DNA of 64,000 bases, from the NCBI GenBank assembly GCA_964455545.1, contig CAYVWQ010000013.1:2868-66867 (forward strand), read 5' to 3'. Both the position numbers and the translations under genes were made by a program. Each line of letters starts with the position of its first letter. Position 1 is the first letter of the stretch. Under the pieces are notes generated by a model that saw nothing but the letters and a program-made list of their open reading frames with translations, did not search any database and was not told where the DNA came from. Below, one piece after another: positions 27,146 through 36,208 of the stretch. This DNA comes from an uncultured Thermoleophilaceae bacterium. Its GTDB lineage: Bacteria; Actinomycetota; Thermoleophilia; Solirubrobacterales; JACPNS01.

Positions 27146-27952
27146 TCAGCCGAGGTCGCGACGCTCGAAAAACCACGACCCGAGCGCGGTCAGTCCGAAT
27201 GCGATCGCGAGCACCAGAGCGAACTGAGGCCAGTCGATGCCGCTGTTGATCCAGTCGCTGTAGTAGTGAAACAGCGACAGTCCTTTGATGTCGTCGAAGA
27301 ACGAAACCAGTCCGGCGAGCACGTTCATCAGGTACATGACCACGCTCACGCCGACCGCCAGGGCGGTGGCGACGCCGTGTCGCCGCGTGAGCCCGACCAC
27401 CAGCACCGCGATGCCGCCGCCGAAGGCCCCCAGCGGGAGCAGGCTGAGCGCAGATCCTCCGATCTCGCCCAACGTCAGGTCGACGCCGGCGATCCAGGCG
27501 GTGACGAGCGCGGTCACAACCATCGCGGCTATCGGCACCAGCATCGCCGCGGTCGCTGCCAGAGTTGCCGCGGCCATCAGATGCCAACGTGCGATCGGAG
27601 CGGAGAGAAGAGCGTCGAGATAGTGATTCTCCTCGGCGCGGGACGTCATCCTGACGATCACTCCGACCGGCAGGAAGACGATCGCCAACGGCAGCATGAA
27701 GCCGAAAAGCTCGGTGTTGAGGAAGCCGATCGCCGTCGAAAGCTGCATCGCGGACTGATCGAACCCGAAGGCACGCAGCAGCTCCTCCGGGTACTGCTTG
27801 AGCAGGGCGTCGAAGTCGATCTTCTCGATCGTCGGGAACATCGCGACGTAGGTGATCACCAGGAGGGCGAGCGAGAGCGACCACGCGAGCAGGGTGTAAC
27901 GCCGCATCCGCAGCGTCTGCATCACCATCACCGAGATTCCGCGGGCGATCAC
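27146..27952 (-). CDS. ABC-2 type exporter permease
   Basis: 268-aa hydrophobic protein with about 6 helices. Its start overlaps the stop of the upstream ATPase gene. Confidence 0.7.
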   Translation of the reverse strand: MIARGISVMVMQTLRMRRYTLLAWSLSLALLVITYVAMFPTIEKIDFDALLKQYPEELLRAFGFDQSAMQLSTAIGFLNTELFGFMLPLAIVFLPVGVIVRMTSRAEENHYLDALLSAPIARWHLMAAATLAATAAMLVPIAAMVVTALVTAWIAGVDLTLGEIGGSALSLLPLGAFGGGIAVLVVGLTRRHGVATALAVGVSVVMYLMNVLAGLVSFFDDIKGLSLFHYYSDWINSGIDWPQFALVLAIAFGLTALGSWFFERRDLG

Positions 27953-28848
27953 GCGCCGTCCTCTTCGTAGAGCTGGACGAACGCGCTCTCCAGCGACGGG
28001 CGCTCGCAGATGAAGTCGACGAGCTTGTGCCGGGCGGCCGCGCGCACCACGGCGTCGACGCTTCCGGTCAGCTTGAGGTCGATCGTGACGCCGTCGACGT
28101 ATACATCGCTGACGCCCTCAATAGATCTGAACTCTGCGGCGTCGACAGGAGCGTCGAAGACGGCGTGGATCTGCTTCGGAGAGCGCTCGAGAACTTCGGA
28201 AATATCGGCGATTTCCAGGAGTTTTCCGTTGTGGATCATCGCAACGCGGTCGCAGGCGCGTTCCACTTCAGCCATGTTGTGTGACGAGAGCAGCACCGTG
28301 CGGCCGGCGTCGCGCAGCTCGTCGACGATGTGCAGGAATTCCTCCTGCATCAGCGGGTCGAGTCCGGAGGTCGGCTCGTCCATCAGCACCAGCTCCGGGT
28401 CGTGCGCGAGTGCGAGGATCAGGCCGATCTTCTGGTGGTTGCCACGAGAGAGTTCCTTGAGGGGGCGATCGAGGTCGGCGCGAAGTCGCTCTGCCAACTG
28501 CTCCGCGCGGCCGGCCGTGTCGGCCCGGCGAAGCAGGCCGAAGAGGCGTACGAGCTCTCGTCCCGTCACTTCGCCCTCGTAATCGAAATCGCTGGGCAGG
28601 ACGCCGATCCGGCGGTGGACCGCGACCCGGTCGCGCCAGCAGTCAAGCCCGAACATCGAGCAGACGCCACCTGTGGGGCGGATCATTCCGAGCAGGCAGG
28701 CCAGCGTCGTTGACTTTCCCGCTCCGTTCGGACCGAGCAACCCGAACACTTCACCGCTCTCGACCCCGATGGTCACTGAATCCACCGCGGTCAGATCGCC
28801 GAAGCGTTTGGTCAGGCGGTCGATTGAGATCACGCGTTCGGCGGCCAT
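27949..28848 (-). CDS. ABC transporter ATP-binding protein
   Basis: Walker A GPNGAGKST, signature LSRGNHQK, Walker B LVLMDEPTSGLD. Confidence 0.9.
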   Translation of the reverse strand: MAAERVISIDRLTKRFGDLTAVDSVTIGVESGEVFGLLGPNGAGKSTTLACLLGMIRPTGGVCSMFGLDCWRDRVAVHRRIGVLPSDFDYEGEVTGRELVRLFGLLRRADTAGRAEQLAERLRADLDRPLKELSRGNHQKIGLILALAHDPELVLMDEPTSGLDPLMQEEFLHIVDELRDAGRTVLLSSHNMAEVERACDRVAMIHNGKLLEIADISEVLERSPKQIHAVFDAPVDAAEFRSIEGVSDVYVDGVTIDLKLTGSVDAVVRAAARHKLVDFICERPSLESAFVQLYEEDGA

Positions 28849-28883
28849 CCCGTGGAGTTTCGCACGACTAATCTGCAGCGAGC

Positions 28884-28956
28884 GCCGGGATAGCTCAGCT
28901 GGTAGAGCAACTGCCTTGTAAGCAGTAGGTCAGGGGTTCGAGTCCCCTTCCCGGCT
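28884..28956 (+). tRNA. tRNA-Thr (anticodon UGU)
   Basis: Hand-folded cloverleaf: acceptor GCCGGGA/TCCCGGC, D arm GCTC/GAGC, anticodon stem ACTGC/GCAGT with loop CTTGTAA, T arm AGGGG-TTCGAGT-CCCCT. CCA is not encoded. Confidence 0.93.
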
Positions 28957-29005
28957 TCACCGCGTGAACCCGCGTAACAGTGCGGTGAAGCGGGTGTAGA
29001 ACCCC

Positions 29006-30817
29006 TTGAGCATGAGCGCAGACGAGACCACCAAAGCGCCGCCCGAAGAGCCGAAGGTTCAAGACGCGGCCTCGCGCGCGACCCGCCCGCGCAGCGAGGA
29101 CGGCCCGCAGGCGCCGGTCGTCGCCCCGCGCGCGCAGACCGGCGACGACGGCGACATTGCACCGCGCAGCGACGAGGAGCTGCCCGAGTACTACATGAAG
29201 GCTCACGAACGCGTGCGCAACAAGGGCGTGAACAAGCCGCTCTACTGGATCACACGATTGATTCTGCTGCCGTTCTTCCTCGTCTACTTCCGGCTTGAAC
29301 GGATCGGGCGCGAGCACGTGCCCGGCGACGGTCCGATCATCTTCGCGAGCAACCACCGCAGCTTCTTGGATCCGTTCGTGATCGGATCGATGACGAGCCG
29401 CCCGCTTTTCTACGTGGCCAAGATGGAGCTGTTCAGGCGGCCGCTCCAGGCGTGGTTCCTCAACTCGCTCGGCGCGATCCCGGTCGCGCGCAACCAGTCC
29501 GACCAAGAGCTGCTCACGACAGTGCGCACGCTGCTTGAGCGCGGCGACTCGCTGGTGATCTTTCCCGAGGGCACGCGTATTCGGCCCGGCAGTCTCGGTC
29601 GCCCGCGCCGCGGAGTCGGCCGCTTCGCGCTCGAGACCGGCGTGCCGATCGTGCCGGTTGCCGTGATCGGCACCGAGGACATCCGCAAGAAGTGGCGCAT
29701 ACGCCCGCACAAGGTCTCGATCCGCGCCGGCGACGCCCTGGTCTTCCCCGTGACGCCAAATCCCTCGAAGGAACTCGCCGTTGAAGTGACCAACAGGATC
29801 TGGCCTCGTGTCGAGCTGCAGTGGGAGTGGCTCGGTGGACTGCCACCGATGCGCAAGGCCGCAGTGATCGGGTCCGGCGCATGGGGAACCGCGGTGGCGG
29901 TTCTCCTGGCGAAGGCCGGCATGGAAGTCGAGCTCGGCACGCGCGAGCAGGAGATGGCGGAACGGATACAGACCGAACGGCGCAACGAGCGCTACCTCCC
30001 GGAAATCGACCTGCCGCCGGAACTGACCGTGAAGGCGGCGCCGACCATCGAGCTCTCGGGGCAGGACTTGATCGTCTTCGCGATCCCGTCGAAGGAGCTT
30101 CCGAACGCCGTCGCCCAGGCCGCCGACAGGATCGGCTCGCGCAGCGCGGTACTCGTCCTGAGCAAGGGTCTCGTGCCACCGCTCGGAACGCTTCCTAGCG
30201 AGTACGTCGGCCAGCGCGTGCGTACGCGCGCGATCGCCTGCCTCGGCGGACCGGCCCATGCGGCGGAAGCCGTGACGAGTGGGGCGTCGGTAGTGCTTGC
30301 GACGCCCGACGACGCGCTGCGCCGTCAGCTCGGCGACACGCTCGACCAGGCCGGCATCGAGGTTGAACGCAGCGACGATCTGATCGGCACCGAGCTCGCC
30401 GGTTGTGCAAAGAATGTGGCGGCCCTCGCGGCCAGCGCCGCCGGGATTTCGGGAATGAACGCGGCCGGCGCCGCGGCCGGGCACACTTTCCGCGAGGTCG
30501 AAGAGCTTGCCCGCGGGTACGGCGCCAGACAGGAGACCTTCCTCGGCCTGGCCGGTACCGGCGACCTCGTCGCCACCGTGCTCGCCGCGGGCAGTCGCAA
30601 CCGCCGCGCGGGCGAGATGCTGGGCGAAGGCGTCGCCGCCGAGCAGATCAAGGAGCAGCTCGGCCACGTCGCCGAGGCAGTCGACACGGTGCCGCTGCTC
30701 GCGACCGTGATTGAGAACGCCGGTCTCGACGCTCCGACGGTCTTCGCTCTGCGCGACCTGATCACCGGCGAGATCGAACCCGAAGAATGGATTTCGATCG
30801 TCCGAAGGGCGGCTTAA
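29006..30817 (+). CDS. Fusion protein: 1-acyl-sn-glycerol-3-phosphate acyltransferase (PlsC-like) plus NAD(P)H glycerol-3-phosphate dehydrogenase (GpsA)
   Basis: N-terminal half has the acyltransferase motifs NHRSFLD (HX4D) and FPEGTR. C-terminal half has the Rossmann motif AVIGSGAWGTAVAVLLA and GpsA-like blocks (LSKG, GPAHAAE, KNV.A). One uninterrupted 603-aa frame. Confidence 0.8.
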   Translation: MSMSADETTKAPPEEPKVQDAASRATRPRSEDGPQAPVVAPRAQTGDDGDIAPRSDEELPEYYMKAHERVRNKGVNKPLYWITRLILLPFFLVYFRLERIGREHVPGDGPIIFASNHRSFLDPFVIGSMTSRPLFYVAKMELFRRPLQAWFLNSLGAIPVARNQSDQELLTTVRTLLERGDSLVIFPEGTRIRPGSLGRPRRGVGRFALETGVPIVPVAVIGTEDIRKKWRIRPHKVSIRAGDALVFPVTPNPSKELAVEVTNRIWPRVELQWEWLGGLPPMRKAAVIGSGAWGTAVAVLLAKAGMEVELGTREQEMAERIQTERRNERYLPEIDLPPELTVKAAPTIELSGQDLIVFAIPSKELPNAVAQAADRIGSRSAVLVLSKGLVPPLGTLPSEYVGQRVRTRAIACLGGPAHAAEAVTSGASVVLATPDDALRRQLGDTLDQAGIEVERSDDLIGTELAGCAKNVAALAASAAGISGMNAAGAAAGHTFREVEELARGYGARQETFLGLAGTGDLVATVLAAGSRNRRAGEMLGEGVAAEQIKEQLGHVAEAVDTVPLLATVIENAGLDAPTVFALRDLITGEIEPEEWISIVRRAA

Positions 30818-30836
30818 CGGGGAGTAGTCTGGCGAT

Positions 30837-31394
30837 GTGGCGGACGAGCGACAAGCGGGGAGCTTCGACAAGAGCGAGATCGACGAGGCCTTCACCAAGC
30901 TCTACGAGGAGCACCTGCGCGACGTCTACTCATTCCTCTACTACCGGCTCGGCAATCACCACGACGCCGAGGACGTCTCGGAGCAGGTCTTCCTGCAGGC
31001 CTACCGACACCTTCCGAAGGCTCTCGCCGAGTCGCAGGGCAGAAGTCTTCGACCTTGGCTCATCCGCATCGCCCAGAACCTCGCGATCAACCAGTACCGC
31101 GACCGCTCGCGCAAACCGCAGTCGCCACTCGATGCTGCGGGCGAGTTTGCGACCAACCATTCGACCGAAGATCTCGTCGAGGCGCGCGAAGAGCTTGATC
31201 GCGTGTTCGAAAAGGTCTCGGAGCTTTCCGAAGACAGGCGGGAGGCGCTGATCATGCGCTTCGCGTTGGGGATGGACAATGGCGAGATCGCCCGCGCGCT
31301 CGGCAAGACCGAGGGCGCGACCAAGGTGCTCCTGCACCGAGCGATCAAGCAGCTTGAGGAGCAGCTTGAGGCGGAGGGTGTACGTGGTGGCTGA
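30837..31394 (+). CDS. ECF-type sigma-70 family factor
   Basis: Region 2 (DVYSFLYYRLGNHHDAEDVSEQVFLQAY) and region 4 HTH (RREALIMRFALGMDNGEIARALGKTEGATKVLLHRA). GTG start. Confidence 0.85.
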   Translation: MADERQAGSFDKSEIDEAFTKLYEEHLRDVYSFLYYRLGNHHDAEDVSEQVFLQAYRHLPKALAESQGRSLRPWLIRIAQNLAINQYRDRSRKPQSPLDAAGEFATNHSTEDLVEAREELDRVFEKVSELSEDRREALIMRFALGMDNGEIARALGKTEGATKVLLHRAIKQLEEQLEAEGVRGG

Positions 31395-31767
31395 GCAACG
31401 CGGAAACCTCGAGTTCGAGTCGATCGAGTCACTGCTGGGTCGCGCCTTCGCACCGGTCGAGCCGCCGGCGCGGATGTACGAGGTGTTCGAGGAGCGGCTT
31501 GAGCAGACCGCCTTCGAGGCGGCCGACGAGATTGCCGACTGGGAGCTGGCGGCGATGCGCGACCCGCGCAACTGGGTCAAGCCGGCGGTCGCGCTCGCGG
31601 CGGGCGGGGCGGCGGCCGGGGCACTGGTCGTGATGGGTCTCCGTCACCGCCACAAGCAGGACGATGGTGCCGCGGCCGCGGTCAAGGCGCTGACCGACGC
31701 TGTGACTGAAGCGGCCGAGGGAGCGCGCGACGAGATCGTCCGCGCGGCGCGCGACCTGACCAAGTAG
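31384..31767 (+). CDS. Single-pass membrane protein, putative cognate anti-sigma factor
   Basis: The GTG at 31384 overlaps the sigma stop codon. One TM segment (AVALAAGGAAAGALVVMGL). No recognisable zinc anti-sigma motif, so the call rests on position. Confidence 0.4.
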   Translation: MVAEQRGNLEFESIESLLGRAFAPVEPPARMYEVFEERLEQTAFEAADEIADWELAAMRDPRNWVKPAVALAAGGAAAGALVVMGLRHRHKQDDGAAAAVKALTDAVTEAAEGARDEIVRAARDLTK

Positions 31768-31797
31768 CGCGCGTCCGCGTTTACGCTCTGCGCGCGA

Positions 31798-32688
31798 ATG
31801 GAAGCGAGCACGCAGACCTGTTACCGCCACCCGGGCCGCGAGACGAACGTCTCGTGCAGCAACTGCGGCCGTCCTATCTGTCCCGACTGCATGACGCCGT
31901 CGCCGGTCGGGATGCGTTGCCCGGAGTGCTCACGCGAGAAGCAGAAGGTCGTGACCGGCCAGCAGGTGCGTGACCGCGCTGAAGGGGTCGGGATCGAGAA
32001 CGCTTTTCGCGTGATGCCGGTGACGATGACGCTGATCGTGATCAACGTGATCGTGTTTGTTGCCGAGATCCTCTCGGCCGGAACGTTGACCACCCAGATC
32101 CGCGGCGAGGTGATGCAGAACGGTGCCTTCTGGGGGCCTGGCGTGGCGGCCGGAGACTGGTGGCGGATCATCACCGCCGGTTTCCTTCACCTTGGCATCT
32201 TTCACATAGCGATGAACATGCTGCTGCTGTGGCTGCTCGGGCAACTGCTCGAACCGGCGATCGGCAGTCTCCGCTTCGGGATTGTCTACTTCACGTCGTT
32301 GATCGCGGGCTCGCTCGGTGCGTTGCTGCTCGAGCCGACGACCGCCGCCGTCGGCGCTTCGGGCGCCGTTTTCGGCCTGATGGGCGCGGCGATGGTGGCG
32401 TTCTGGGGGCGCGGGCTGAATCCGTTCGAGGCCGGCATCGGAGGCCTGCTGGTGTTCAACCTGATCATCACCTTCGCGATCCCTGGAATCAGTAAGGGCG
32501 GCCACATCGGCGGCGCGATCGGCGGCTTCATCGCCGGCGCGGTGATCTTTTACCTCGAGGAGAAATTCGGACTGTTCGGCCGTGCCCGGTGGGCGGCCCC
32601 GCTGATCTGCGCGGGGATCGGGGCGGCGTGCTTTGTCTTGACGATTGTTATTGCGGAGAACAAATTTCCGCAGTACGTCGGCACCTAG
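31798..32688 (+). CDS. Rhomboid-family intramembrane serine protease with an N-terminal zinc ribbon
   Basis: CYRHPGRETNVSCSNCGRPICPDC ribbon. Rhomboid motifs HLGIFHIAMN and GASGAVFGLMGA, plus a C-terminal GHIGG. Confidence 0.8.
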   Translation: MEASTQTCYRHPGRETNVSCSNCGRPICPDCMTPSPVGMRCPECSREKQKVVTGQQVRDRAEGVGIENAFRVMPVTMTLIVINVIVFVAEILSAGTLTTQIRGEVMQNGAFWGPGVAAGDWWRIITAGFLHLGIFHIAMNMLLLWLLGQLLEPAIGSLRFGIVYFTSLIAGSLGALLLEPTTAAVGASGAVFGLMGAAMVAFWGRGLNPFEAGIGGLLVFNLIITFAIPGISKGGHIGGAIGGFIAGAVIFYLEEKFGLFGRARWAAPLICAGIGAACFVLTIVIAENKFPQYVGT

Positions 32689-33620
32689 TCGAGCTCGACC
32701 TCAATCATTGACCCGACTGCAGGCTCCGGCACAAGCGCAGGGTGGAGCGTGTGCGCCAGCAGCTCCAGTCCGTCGACCAGCCTCGGCCCGGGGCGCGAGT
32801 AGAAGGCGTTGGCGTCGCAGGCGAAGATCCGGTCGGCGCCGAGGCCGCGCAGCTCGCTCGCGAAGTCTGCGGCCTCTTCGGCCGCGCGCGCGGCGTCGTA
32901 TCCGCACTGCATCAGGATCACGGTTTCTGGCTGCGCTGCCTGTGCCTCGCCCCAGTCGATCTCTCGCGAGGGCTCGCCCGGCATCCCCAGGAAGTCGACG
33001 CCGCCGGCCATCTCGATCATCTGCGGGATCCAATGGCCGCCGATGAATGGCGGGTCGAGCCATTCGAGCGCCAGCGTGCGGATCGGATCCGGACCGCCCT
33101 CACGCCCGACGTCCTTGAGTGCGATTCGCACCGCGTCGATCCGGTCGGCAAGCTCCTGCACCAAGTCGACTCCCGCATCTTTGGCATCTTCACCGCCATC
33201 GATCTCGTCGACGGCCTGGGCGATCGTGCGGATGTCTCCGAGAACCTCGCCGAACGTCGTCGGGTCGAGGCTGATCACCTTCGGCTTCGACTCGATCTGT
33301 TCGGCAACGGCGCGGACGTCGTCGATGCTGACGGCGCACACGTCGCATAGCTGCTGCGCGACGATCATGTCCGGCTCCTCCTCCTTGAGCAGCTCCGCGT
33401 CGAGCGTGTAAAGCGAGCGGCCGTCCTGGGTGCGCCCCTTGACCAGCGCGTCGACCTCGGCCGGGGGCAGCCCAGCCGGGATCACACTGGTGGTGAGCTG
33501 CGGAAGGTCGGTCGCCTCGAGCGGGAAGTCGCACTCGTGTGTCACGGCGACGACCTGGTCGCCGAGCCCCATCGCGAAGAGCAGCTCGGTGGCGGAGGGG
33601 ACGAGGCTGGCGATGCGCAT
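32685..33620 (-). CDS. Periplasmic-binding-protein family (BtuF/cobalamin-binding-like) protein without an obvious signal peptide
   Basis: N-terminus MRIASLVPSATELLFAMGLGDQVVAVTHECDFP is typical of the PF01497-type family. No hydrophobic leader is present. Confidence 0.6.
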   Translation of the reverse strand: MRIASLVPSATELLFAMGLGDQVVAVTHECDFPLEATDLPQLTTSVIPAGLPPAEVDALVKGRTQDGRSLYTLDAELLKEEEPDMIVAQQLCDVCAVSIDDVRAVAEQIESKPKVISLDPTTFGEVLGDIRTIAQAVDEIDGGEDAKDAGVDLVQELADRIDAVRIALKDVGREGGPDPIRTLALEWLDPPFIGGHWIPQMIEMAGGVDFLGMPGEPSREIDWGEAQAAQPETVILMQCGYDAARAAEEAADFASELRGLGADRIFACDANAFYSRPGPRLVDGLELLAHTLHPALVPEPAVGSMIEVELD

Positions 33621-33657
33621 GGAGCAAGGTTATGGCGTTGCGCGTAGGATGCGGCGC

Positions 33658-33924
33658 ATGGCTGATCCCGCACTGAAACCCGACGGCTGGGACCTCGTCC
33701 AGACCGGCGGCGGTGACAAGATCATGCGGATCTTCGACCGTGGCGACTTCAAGGGCTCGGTGTCGTTCCTGAACGAAATTCTTCCGCTCGCTGAGGCCGC
33801 GAACCATCATCCCGACATCGTCATCGAGTGGAGCAAAGTCACCGTCACGCTCACCACGCACTCCGAGGGCGAGGTCACGGACAAGGACTATGCGCTCGCC
33901 GCGGAGATCAATTCGCTGGCCTGA
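33658..33924 (+). CDS. Pterin-4-alpha-carbinolamine dehydratase
   Basis: The HHPD..W..V...L.TH motif (ANHHPDIVIEWSKVTVTLTTH) and the ~88-aa size. Alternative ATGs at 33649 and 33619. Confidence 0.8.
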   Translation: MADPALKPDGWDLVQTGGGDKIMRIFDRGDFKGSVSFLNEILPLAEAANHHPDIVIEWSKVTVTLTTHSEGEVTDKDYALAAEINSLA

Positions 33925-34023
33925 GCAGGCGTTTTTTGCGCTGCCGACACTGCTGCTAGCTTGAATTGGACTGATGGACGTCCCAGACGACGACGCGCCT
34001 CCTCGAAGTAGCGGGCCGCTCAC

Positions 34024-35364
34024 ATGAGCTGGCTTCTGCTGCTCGTCACGATCCTCCTGGTGATCCTCAACGGCTTCTTCGTCGCCGCTGAGTTCTCGCT
34101 CGTGCGCGCCAAAGCGTCCCTGCTTGAGACCCAGGTCGAGGAAGAGGGCGACGACTCGCGCCGCACGCGCGCCGCGATCACGGCGATGTCCCAGATCGAC
34201 TCGTACCTCTCCGCCTGCCAGCTCGGCATCACGATGGCCTCGATCGGTCTTGGTTTCGCCGGCGAGCCCGCGCTCGGCCACCTGCTCGAGGATGCGTTCG
34301 GTCAGACCTTCAGCGAGGGGACGACCACCGCGATCTCGGTCGCGATCGCCTTCTCGATCATCACTGTGCTGCACATCGTGATCGGCGAGCTGGCGCCGAA
34401 GTCGATCGCGATCGCCAAGCCGGAGGGCACGGCGCGCTGGTTGGCGGGCCCGCTGAGCGTCTTCAAGCGGATCTTTTCGCCCCTGATCGCGGCGTTGAAC
34501 GGCACGGCGAACTGGCTGGTCGGCCTGGTCGGCATCAAGCCGGCGTCCGAGATGGAGCTCGGAGCCACTGGCGAGGACCTGCGCGCGCTCGTCGAGCACG
34601 GCCGCTCGCACTCGACCCTCGACCCGGGCGAGGCGCACATGCTCTCGGGTGTCTTCGAGCTCCACGAGAATCAGGCGCGCAACGTGATGACGCCGATCCC
34701 GGCCGTCGTCACCATCGACGTAGAGGACACCGTCGAGGTCGCGCTGCGCCGTTGCACCTCTTCGGGCCACACCCGCCTGCCCGTCACCGAGGGTCGTTCG
34801 ACCGACAAGATCAAGGGCGTTCTGCACCTGTCGTCGCTTGTCCGGCTGATGCTCTCGAAGGGCGAGGACGCGACGATCGGCAAGGCCGTGAAGGACGCGT
34901 TCGTCGTTCCCGAGACCAAACCGCTCGACGACCTGCTCGCCGACCTTCAGCGCGAGCGGATTTCGATGGCGATCGTGGTCGACGAGTACGGCCGCACGGT
35001 CGGCATCGTGACCGTCGAGGACATCGTCGAGGAAGTGGTGGGGGAGATCGACGACGAGACCGACTCGGCGCTGTCGGCCGTGCGTCGCCTCGCGAACGGC
35101 GACCTGTTCGTCCGCGGTCACGTCCCGCTGGTCGACCTCGAGGACCACGACATCGAACTACCGGTCGACTCCGACGCCTACAACTCGATCGGCGGCTTTG
35201 TCTTCGCCGAACTCGGCCGCCTGCCCAAGCGCGGCGACGCGATTCGCGCAAACGGTTACGTCATCCGCGTCGAGAGCGTCCGCGAGAACCGCGTCGAAGC
35301 CGTCCGCATCGAGACAGTCGGCCACGGCGACACCTCAGAGGTCGAGGCGCTCCCGGCCGAGTAG
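34024..35364 (+). CDS. CNNM/CorC-HlyC family protein (DUF21 membrane domain, CBS pair, CorC_HlyC)
   Basis: N-terminal 4-TM DUF21 ([10 protein letters not shown]), the CBS pair region and a C-terminal transporter-associated domain. Confidence 0.85.
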   Translation: MSWLLLLVTILLVILNGFFVAAEFSLVRAKASLLETQVEEEGDDSRRTRAAITAMSQIDSYLSACQLGITMASIGLGFAGEPALGHLLEDAFGQTFSEGTTTAISVAIAFSIITVLHIVIGELAPKSIAIAKPEGTARWLAGPLSVFKRIFSPLIAALNGTANWLVGLVGIKPASEMELGATGEDLRALVEHGRSHSTLDPGEAHMLSGVFELHENQARNVMTPIPAVVTIDVEDTVEVALRRCTSSGHTRLPVTEGRSTDKIKGVLHLSSLVRLMLSKGEDATIGKAVKDAFVVPETKPLDDLLADLQRERISMAIVVDEYGRTVGIVTVEDIVEEVVGEIDDETDSALSAVRRLANGDLFVRGHVPLVDLEDHDIELPVDSDAYNSIGGFVFAELGRLPKRGDAIRANGYVIRVESVRENRVEAVRIETVGHGDTSEVEALPAE

Positions 35365-35390
35365 GCGGGACGTCCAAACGGACGATTCCT

Positions 35391-35424
35391 GCCAAACAGT
35401 GGCCGCACAGGGCCACTGTTTGGC
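35391..35424 (+). repeat. REP/IS200-like hairpin (left of the Y1 transposase)
   Basis: Perfect 14-bp stem GCCAAACAGTGGCC / GGCCACTGTTTGGC with loop GCACAG and tail AAAGAT. Confidence 0.75.
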
Positions 35425-35512
35425 AAAGATTTGCTGAATCGACGCTGTTTGTTGGCGGAGTTGTCGCGAACGGGTCTTGAATTGTCACTTGGGATAGGGC
35501 GACGATCCATGC

Positions 35513-36106
35513 ATGCCTCGACGCAACACGCGAAACCGCCGGATCGCCGTGCGGGAGATGCACCTTTACAACCGCGAACAGAATCGCGATCCGATGTTCG
35601 TCGACGATGATGATCGAGTTGAGTTCATGTGGATGCTGACGCGATACCTCTCCGCGACGCGGCAGACCGATTCGCGCGGACGTCCCTACAAGAGCTTTCG
35701 CGGCAAGGTGGATCTCTTGGCTTTCGCCATCATGACGAACCATTTCCACCTGGTTCTTCGGCAGCTGGTTCCAGGCGCGGTTGAGTTGATGATGAACGGC
35801 GTTCTGAGCAGCTACGTGCGCTACTTCCACAAGCGGCACGGGGGAGAGGGGACCATGTTCGAAGACAGATTCAGGTCAGCCCTTAAGACCGATCGTCGAT
35901 CTCTGTTGAACGCAATCGCTTACGTCCACGACAACCACGGGTTGGTATGTGATTGCAGATTCTGCAGCCACCGGTTCTATGCCGATGGCGCTGGCGAGTC
36001 GCCGAGCTGGTTGGCGGCGGAGTCGGGCCTGGCCAAGTTCGGAAGCGTCGAGCGATACCTCGCCTATCGCGAGATGCGTCATGGCCTGAGCATCATCGCC
36101 GACTGA
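35513..36106 (+). mobile_element. Y1 HUH tyrosine transposase (IS200/IS605 TnpA - RAYT superfamily)
   Basis: HUH motif in AIMTNHFHLVL and a Tyr motif in AIAYVHDNHG. 197 aa. GC content is visibly lower than in flanking genes. Confidence 0.8.
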
Positions 36107-36149
36107 ACCCTAAGAACGAAACCGAACCCGATACCTGAGCGCCTTAAGT

Positions 36150-36183
36150 GCCAAACCCTGGCCGCATAGGGCCAGGGTTTGGC
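36150..36183 (+). repeat. REP/IS200-like hairpin (right of the Y1 transposase)
   Basis: Perfect 14-bp stem GCCAAACCCTGGCC / GGCCAGGGTTTGGC with loop GCATAG and tail AGAGAT. Same orientation as the left copy. Confidence 0.75.
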
Positions 36184-36208
36184 AGAGATCGGGCGGGGTT
36201 GTGGCGCG

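Noticed and set aside
28884-29100. tRNA-Thr as an integration site for a mobile element
   Set aside because: No integrase or recombinase is nearby. I could not find a duplicated tRNA 3' end. The flanking genes are housekeeping with native-looking composition.
28895-30898. 667-aa minus-strand ORF spanning the tRNA and the whole PlsC-GpsA gene
   Set aside because: It is antisense to a frame with clear acyltransferase and GpsA motifs. Its translation is Arg/Gly/Ala/His-rich with no motifs and it overlaps a tRNA. This is a typical high-GC antisense artefact.
33190-35148. 652-aa minus-strand ORF
   Set aside because: It overlaps the PBP-like gene in another frame and is antisense to the PCD and CorC genes. 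No motifs were found, so it is a GC-driven open frame.
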